Below are positions 57,590-64,000 of a stretch of DNA of 64,000 nucleotides, piece by piece (the stretch's first letter is position 1; each line of letters begins with the position of its first letter). Under the pieces are notes generated by a model, which saw only the letters and a list, made by a program, of their open reading frames with translations, ran no database searches and had not been told where the DNA came from. The translations under genes were made by a program, and so were the position numbers. Source of the stretch: an uncultured Verrucomicrobiae bacterium. Lineage in GTDB: Bacteria > Verrucomicrobiota > Verrucomicrobiia > Limisphaerales > Palsa-1400. The DNA lies in the NCBI GenBank assembly GCA_963764165.1, contig CAVXRD010000002.1:2464001-2528000 (forward strand), read 5' to 3'.

Positions 57590-58060
57590 GTGAACCTGCG
57601 CCCTTTCCAACCACCCGATTTGGATCAGGTCATCGGCGTGTACCGCGCCGCCATCCACACGCTTGCTGCGCCGTTTTACACGCGTGAGGAGTTGTCCGCC
57701 TGGGCGCCTCAACATATGGATGCCGACAAATGGCGGCAACGGCTTGCGAGCGTCCACGCGATCGTCGCGGACGCGGACGGCACAATCGCCGGTTTCCTGA
57801 CTTACGACATGACCGGACATATCGACATGCTATTCATACACCCGCGCTTTGCCCGCCAGGGACTTGCGACGCGGCTGTATCTCGACGCGGAGGCCGAATT
57901 GCGGAAGGCCCCAATATCAACGGTTTTCACCGAGGCGAGTCTTGCGGCGCGGCCTTTCTTTGAGCGCCACGGGTTTCAGGTTGATGCCGAGGAATTCTCC
58001 GAATGTCGCGGCCAGAAATTGCACCGCTTCAGGATGTCGAAGAAAATCGGTCCGACGTGA
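57590..58060 (+). CDS. GNAT acetyltransferase (YafP-like)
   Basis: GHIDMLFIHPRFARQGLA, TEASLAARPFFERHGF. Confidence 0.92.
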   Translation: MNLRPFQPPDLDQVIGVYRAAIHTLAAPFYTREELSAWAPQHMDADKWRQRLASVHAIVADADGTIAGFLTYDMTGHIDMLFIHPRFARQGLATRLYLDAEAELRKAPISTVFTEASLAARPFFERHGFQVDAEEFSECRGQKLHRFRMSKKIGPT

Positions 58061-58130
58061 CCCACCCGCAGCCGTTCCAGCCGCGGCAGAGGGCGGGGCG
58101 ATCTATCCTGCTCGGCTCGCGGATGGTCTG

Positions 58131-58397
58131 TCACGCCACAGGCGAAATATCATCAAGCAACACCCACATGTGGTGCAAGTCCAGTTTGTCATTTTTGTGG
58201 CCCAGCCCGCAGAGACCGATGGTGCGAACATGGATGGCGGCGTAAGTCTCGTAGCTGGCGATAAACTCTTGCCAGACAGTTAGCGCGTCGCGCCAACTCT
58301 CAATCCATGTTTCAGGATAGCCCCGCTGCCGCTTCGCGGCGAAAGCGATATCGATCAATGACGCTGCCTCGTCCGGCTTGGCTCGCACGATCTGCAT
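58131..58397 (-). pseudogene. Truncated GNAT acetyltransferase
   Basis: MQIVRAKPDEA...IAFAAK..GYPETWIESW...LHHMWV, then ends before the acetyl-CoA-binding motif. Confidence 0.7.
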
Positions 58398-58448
58398 GAT
58401 GGAGAATTTAGCCTGACAATTACCCAACCGACCATCCGGTTCGCCCAT

Positions 58449-58580
58449 TTATTCGCCGAATTCATCGCGAAAGCTTGCCTTTCCAGCAAAATCGGTGAAA
58501 ACACTTTGAACCACGTCCTGCGCCAGGGGGGCGTCTCTATTGGCGATTTGCAACAGCGGCGCACAAACAAAGCTAAAATG
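58449..58580 (-). pseudogene. ECF sigma factor region-2 fragment
   Basis: RHFSFVCAPLLQIANRDAPLAQDVVQSVFTDFAGKA. Confidence 0.6.
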
Positions 58581-58679
58581 GCGGTCCTCCAAAGCAGAAA
58601 GGGCTCCGGCAGAGCACGAATCTCTCCCTTTCCAACAAATCACGGCGGGTTTCTTACGGCGGCGGGGATATATTTACAG

Positions 58680-58949
58680 ATGATGAGCGATTTCGATTTG
58701 CTGGATCAATCTGCGCGGGAGAATCGGGAGGTTTATTCGGCCGCGTTGCGCCATGTGCGCTCACCCGAATTGGCTGAAGAGGCAACCCAGTCCGTCTTTT
58801 CCGATCTGGCAGGCAGCGCCAAGGGGCTGGAGCCCAAGACCATTTTGACGGCGTGGCTTTATCAAGTGACGCGGCGCACGGCAATTAACGTGGTCAGAGC
58901 GGAATCGCGCCGTCAGGTTGGAAGATATTTCCAAGACTTCCGCGCATGA
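58680..58949 (+). pseudogene. ECF sigma factor fragment (region 2 only)
   Basis: SDFDLL...VYSAALRHVRSPELAEEATQSVFSDLA...AWLYQVTRRTAINVVRAESRR, then stop; no region 4. Confidence 0.75.
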
Positions 58950-59138
58950 GTTTCACAAGCCCCCTGTGGCCAGCCAAATCCGTGCCGCTCGCTGCTGAAT
59001 TTGTTAAAATCACCCTGCGCCTCATTTTCCAGCACTCTCGCATTCTAGCCCGCGGGGATGTGGTACCGTCCGATTATTGGCCGGCTTGCCCGATAAGGCC
59101 CGGAAGCGATCCAATGGCAGCCCCACATGGATTATGAA

Positions 59139-59215
59139 TGGTGCATCCGGAGGGATTTGAACCCCCAACCTTCTGATCCGAAGTCAGAAGCTCTATCCAG
59201 TTGAGCTACGGATGC
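59139..59215 (-). tRNA. tRNA-Arg (anticodon UCG)
   Basis: Reverse complement GCATCCGTAGCTCAACTGGATAGAGCTTCTGAC-TTCGGA-TCAGAAGGTTGGGGGTTCAAATCCCTCCGGATGCACCA; full cloverleaf, encoded CCA. Confidence 0.97.
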
Positions 59216-59427
59216 TATTGATTACATGGCTTTATCGGCAGCCTTTCTGTAACAGACCCCGATGACAGCCTGTGAAAAGACTATATGGATTCGCCTGCCG
59301 GATGCAAGCATGACTGATGAGGCAAAACGGCTGCAGTTGGGCTTCGTGACGGTATTTCTGACAGTTGCGAAGGGTGATTTCAAAAAGCAATTCTTCGTAA
59401 AGCAAATATGTTGAATCGATTTGGTTT

Positions 59428-61573
59428 ATGCTCATCATGGATCCAATGGGAAATACGATGGAACGGCCCGATTCTGACAAAGTAAAGCCGACTCGTGCAG
59501 GCGGTTGGCGCGGCAAAATCCTTGGAGTGATTGCGATCACCCTGGTCGGGTGGGCCTTTTGCTATTTTACCTTCACACAGGGCCTGAGCCGTTTCAGCTA
59601 TGATTTTCCGATGCTTCTCGAACCGGAAACCGTGCCACACGAGGCAGTCATCGTTTACATGGATGATAAATCCAGGACTAATTTCAACCAGCCGTTGGAA
59701 GGGCTGTGGGACCGCGCGCTGCATGCGCGACTGCTAAAGAGGCTTACTTACCTTCACGCCCGGGCTGTCGCTTTCGATGTATTGATGGACAGGACATGGA
59801 CTAACGCGGTGGTGGATCAGGAGTTCGCCGAGGCCATCACAAACGCCATCACCAACCATGTGGATGTGGTTCTGGGAGCGGTACTGGATTCGCAGCTTCA
59901 GGAGGGTGGCGGCGCGGAATTATTGCAACCCGTTAATCCCATCGGCTCAGCGGCGCCTTGGGGCGAAGCAGGATTGTTGTGTCTGCCACTCTTTCCCGGA
60001 GATATGGAGATGGACCACGTTGTCCGTTCGACAGGTCTGTTACTCGAATTGTACCAACTTGGCGTGGCAGACGGCGGCCACCCTCGGCCTGGCTCCGCCA
60101 GACCCCGCCAAGGAGCGTTGGATTAACTATTACGGCCCGAAAGGAACGATACCGCATGTGCGTTACTGCACGGTTTTGGATGATACCGCCGCGCTGCACA
60201 TAGATGTCTCGAATAAAATTGTGTTTGTCGGAAAGCTCCGGTGGCCTACGTCTCAAGGCGATCAGATGCTATTTCCCGAACACCCAACGCGGTGGATGCT
60301 GTCCCAGTTCGGCGACGAATTCTCCACCCCTTTGTCAGGGTGGGAAGGCGGCCCCAGCCCTGGGGTCGAGATTCACGCCACAGCTTTTTTGAATCTGATT
60401 CGCGGGGACTGGATCTCCCGCCTTTCGGTGCCCGCGGAAATGGGGCTTATATTGCTATTTGGGGCTGCGCTTGGAACCGCGCTCCCCGGGAGGCAGGCCT
60501 CCGCGGCATTGCTCTTGAGCGCGGGCCTTTTCCTGGTGGCGTGCCTCGGCGGGATTCTCCTGGAACAAAAGGCGCACTATTGGTTTTCGTGGGCCTCAAT
60601 TGCATTTGTGGAAGTTCCGGCGGGTTTTGGCTGGTATGCGTTTGGCATTTTGCGCCGCAAGGCGCTTCCGCCAGAGCCGGCATCTCCGCCTCCGCCGGTC
60701 GTTTCGCCGCGGGAAGAAGCTATCGCTGTGCCGACGCCAGCGGAACCGCCTAAGCCTGAAATCCCTGACCACGAATTGTTGCGCGTCATTGGCCAGGGAA
60801 GTTTCGGCAGAGTGTGGCTGGCCAGGAACGTCGCTCTTAACACATTTCGCGCCGTCAAAGTTGTTTCGCGCTCGGCCTTCCAGAACACCGGTCCTTTCGA
60901 TCGTGAATTTCGCGGGATTCAAGCCTTTGAACCCATCTCGCGGCTGCATGAGGGGTTCGTCGACATTCTTCAAGTAGGCTACCGGGATGATGCCGGTTAC
61001 TTTTACTATGTGATGGAGCTGGCTGACGACCAACGAACCGGACAAAACATCAATCCCGCCAATTATGTCGCAAAAACGCTGGCCAGCGAGCGAACCAGGC
61101 TTAAGAAATTGCCCTACGAGGAATGCTTCCAAATTGGCGTAGCCCTTTGCGCGGCGCTGCAAAATCTCCATGATCGCGAACTGCTGCATCGCGACCTCAA
61201 GCCCTCGAATATTATCTTCGTCGAGAACACGCCCAAACTGGCGGACGTGGGTCTGGTCATCCCCGCTGGCGACGCCAAAACCATGGCTGGCACTCCCGGG
61301 TTCATGCCGAGGGATGGAGCTGGGACGTTCAGCGGGGATATTTACAGTCTTGGCAAGGTGCTTTACGAAATCAGCACTGGAAAGAGGGCCGACGAATATC
61401 CGTCGCTCCCCGATTCGATCGGCGGGCGCGCCGAGGCGGAGCAATTCAAGGCTATGAACAATATCATCCATAAAGCGTGCCACGAAACAGCGAAAAGCCG
61501 ATACCGGTCGGCGGCGGGGTTGCAAGTCGCGCTCAAACGCGCCGCCGGTCAATTGCATCGGAAACAAGAGTGA
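59428..61573 (+). pseudogene. CHASE2 sensor - TMs - Ser/Thr kinase, split by one frameshift (mutation or sequencing error)
   Basis: N-part WDRALHARLL, AVAFDVL; C-part INYYGP, PGVEIHA, 3 TMs, GQGSFGRVW, HRDLKPSN, DVGL; removing one T at 60027/8 gives DHVVRRQVCYSNCTNLAW. Confidence 0.85.
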
Positions 61574-61667
61574 CCTATCGAAATTTTTTGACTTGAGCTA
61601 TCTCCCGCAATTCCGTTACTATCGCAAAAGAAATTCAGTTCGACCTGGTTCAAATTGACCTACGATT

Positions 61668-62300
61668 ATGAGCGCATCGAAGAAAGCGGCTGAGATTATA
61701 CCCACCAACCCCAGCCTCCTGAACCGCATCAAGAATATAGAGGACAGCGCCAGTTGGCGGGAATTCTTTTCCATCTACCGGAATTTGATCTACGGAGTGG
61801 CCAAGAAGAGCGGCATGACTGACGAGGAAGCCGAAGACGTCGTGCAGGAGACCATGCTGGCCGCCGCCAAGCACATCAAGAATTTCCAATATGATTCATC
61901 CAGATCGTTCAAGGCTTGGCTCTTGGCAATAACCAAGACCAAGGTCGCGGACCAGTTCCGCGCCCGTCCGCCAGTTCAAATTTCCCAGCCGCGCCCCACT
62001 AGCCAGGCCAACCGCACGAAGACCGTGGAACGCATCCCGAATCCCACGGGCTACGACATAGACGCGCGATGGGAGGAAGAGTGGCGGTTGAATTTGCGGG
62101 ATGCCGCCCTGGCCGAGCTGCGCCATACTGTCAACGCCAAACAATTTCAATTGTTCGAAGCCCACGTTATCAAAGGCTGGCCGGTGGAAAAAGTGATGGG
62201 CGCCTTTGGCGTCACGGCCGATGTCGTCTATCAAAACAAAAAGCGGATGACTCCGAAGTTCCAGGAGAAAGTCTCCCGGCTCCAGGAACGGCTTCATTGA
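61668..62300 (+). CDS. ECF sigma-70 factor (kinase-associated type)
   Basis: TNPSLLNRIK, SWREF, EAEDVVQE, SFKAWL, WEEEW, region-4 helix-turn-helix. Confidence 0.93.
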   Translation: MSASKKAAEIIPTNPSLLNRIKNIEDSASWREFFSIYRNLIYGVAKKSGMTDEEAEDVVQETMLAAAKHIKNFQYDSSRSFKAWLLAITKTKVADQFRARPPVQISQPRPTSQANRTKTVERIPNPTGYDIDARWEEEWRLNLRDAALAELRHTVNAKQFQLFEAHVIKGWPVEKVMGAFGVTADVVYQNKKRMTPKFQEKVSRLQERLH

Positions 62301-62342
62301 ATCGGCAGCCGGCCGGAGGACTTTCCAACCGGCCAGCCAGGC

Positions 62343-64000
62343 TTACGGTCCAAGCTGGATGGCTTCAGCATTGGTTTTGGTCAGGACAAACCCGCCGCCA
62401 TTGGTGGCATTGAGCAGAATGACGCCGCGACCCGTCAGCTCTTTTGTCCCGCTGCCGATGTTTACTGTCAACAATCCTGTTTTGGGGTTCAGCGAGCCGC
62501 TCACGCTTCCTGAGCCGGACCTTTTGCTCACATTGAATTTGCCGCTGATGGCGACATCAAAGTTGCTGCGATCGGTGGCGGGGTCGTTGAAAAGGCCGAG
62601 AATCGCCAGATTAGTCATGGCCGCAAGAGTGCTGGCCGATGGGGGATTTGTCCAAGGCGACAACGCAACGAGGTTGGTGGCGGTGAAGGAGTTTCTAATC
62701 AAACCAGCGCCAGGGCGGGGATGAACCCAGACCAGACCCGTGCCGGGCTGGCTGTCGGGGTTCAGATTAATCCAGCCCATGAGTAGGCCTTTGTTGCCGT
62801 AAAGACTGGCGAAGATAGGAATATTGCCGTTTTGGGAAACAGGGACCACCTCGTTGAATGCCGTGCCATCGGCCAGCGTCCCGGCAATGGTGGCGCAGGC
62901 GCTGGCGGGGTCTTTGGTGGCGCCTGCGTAATTGGTAATCGACGCAAAACCGGCGCCGCCGGGCGAAGTGCCCGGCGCGCTGTTTGTGTCGGGCAGGATC
63001 AGCATGGTATACCGAGCTGAGGGCGCGTTGGGGGATCCCCGGTCGGCCGTCAGCGTGGCTACCCACGGCACATTCTCGTTCGTTCCAGAAACCGTCCCAA
63101 TGACCTCAGGCGGCGAATTATTCAAACTCAACAGTATCATGGCCACCGTCAGGTGGCCTCCTCCGCTGGCGGCGCGCAAGATATGATTGGTGGCCTGCCC
63201 CGTCAAACCAAAGCTGCCGCTTAAGGAATGGCTCGCGCCGTTGATGAAAACCGTGCCGGTGAACGCACCCTTCTGGCCGATGGATAGCTTCAGCCTGCCC
63301 GCGGTTTGTTCCGTCACTCCGCCGGCTGTCAGGAAAAGGCCGTTGTACGAGCCTGCCAGGGCGGTGTAGGGATTTGTCACAAAATTGGCCTCCAAAATGA
63401 GGTTGTTGGAAAAGTAAAAAGAAACGGCTGGGTTGGTGGATAGAAAGGTCATGCTGCCAACATTGGTGCCGCGGCTCCAATTGGCAAAAAGCCAGTTGGT
63501 TCCGTTCCCCACAGAGGCTGTGGCGGCATATTTGGCCCCCACTATCAATCGCGCGCCGTTGGTGGCTTTTCCCGCGCCCTTGATATTTCCCACGCCATTG
63601 GCAAGGAGCGTCAGCGTTCCGTAGCTCGGCGGAACAGCGTTGTTCGAAACTGTAGGCCCCAACTGGATACGCGAATTGGTTCGCCTCTAGCTTCAAGGAT
63701 TGGTTGGAGGGCGTCGAATAACCATTGATGGGCTTGAACTCAATCACCACGTCGCTTGCCGCAACTGATTTGCTGGTTCCCGAGAAGCTATAGGAAGTCT
63801 CCCCTTGCAGGCGCCACCCAGCCCCTGCCTGCACTGCTGAGGCGGGTTTCAATTGGGCTTGCACATAAGCGGGATTGTTCGCGGTGACCTGGCCCGCTAA
63901 AATCTCACTCACGCCGCCGGAAGGAGAATCCTTTCGGGCGGTTGACGCTGCTGCCGGCGCATGTTTCAACTCACTCTCGCTGGGCCTGCTGTCTGTCTCG
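62343..64000 (-). CDS. Large beta-rich surface/secreted protein, C-terminal part (partial), with a frameshift near 63650
   Basis: Upstream frame PASAVQAGAGWRL..IEFKPINGYSTP; downstream frame has an InlB-B-like repeat WLFANW..LEANF and AGSYNGL; frames switch at ggggcctacagtttcg. Confidence 0.75.

Overview
GC-rich bacterial window. Gene style (ECF/Ser-Thr kinase pairs, REP-like repeats) suggests Verrucomicrobia/PVC, but this is inference. About 9-53 kb is a complete type VI secretion system (T6SS) locus: tssJ-like, tssK, L, M, tagF, tssA, tssB, C, hcp, tagJ, tssE, F, G, tssH/clpV, vgrG and PAAR. Its accessory wiring is unusual in four ways. (i) A two-partner secretion pair (2.4-kaa repeat-rich filamentous-haemagglutinin-like TpsA plus TpsB) lies inside the membrane-complex gene run. 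(ii) The PpkA-like kinase appears catalytically dead (HGN in place of HRD, DAA in place of DFG) and is fused to TPRs and a TagR-like FGE domain; TagF is fused to a paralogous TPR-FGE ectodomain; the Fha/TagH-like protein has no FHA domain; and no PppA phosphatase is seen. This suggests a phosphorylation-free trans-envelope switch. (iii) A second pseudokinase-like gene and an antisense methyltransferase are present. (iv) The effector cluster holds a LysM protein, an Ntox46-like toxin, a pesticin-like muramidase and an evolved VgrG with a Gly/Ala beta-rich tail. The left flank has stress genes, kup, a HAD hydrolase, an SPFH-RHH operon and a GH13 enzyme. The right flank has LysR/aminotransferase/GNAT genes, gene debris, tRNA-Arg(UCG), a frameshifted CHASE2 kinase, an ECF sigma factor and a frameshifted surface protein. 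All family calls are from motifs recognised by eye; no database searches were run.
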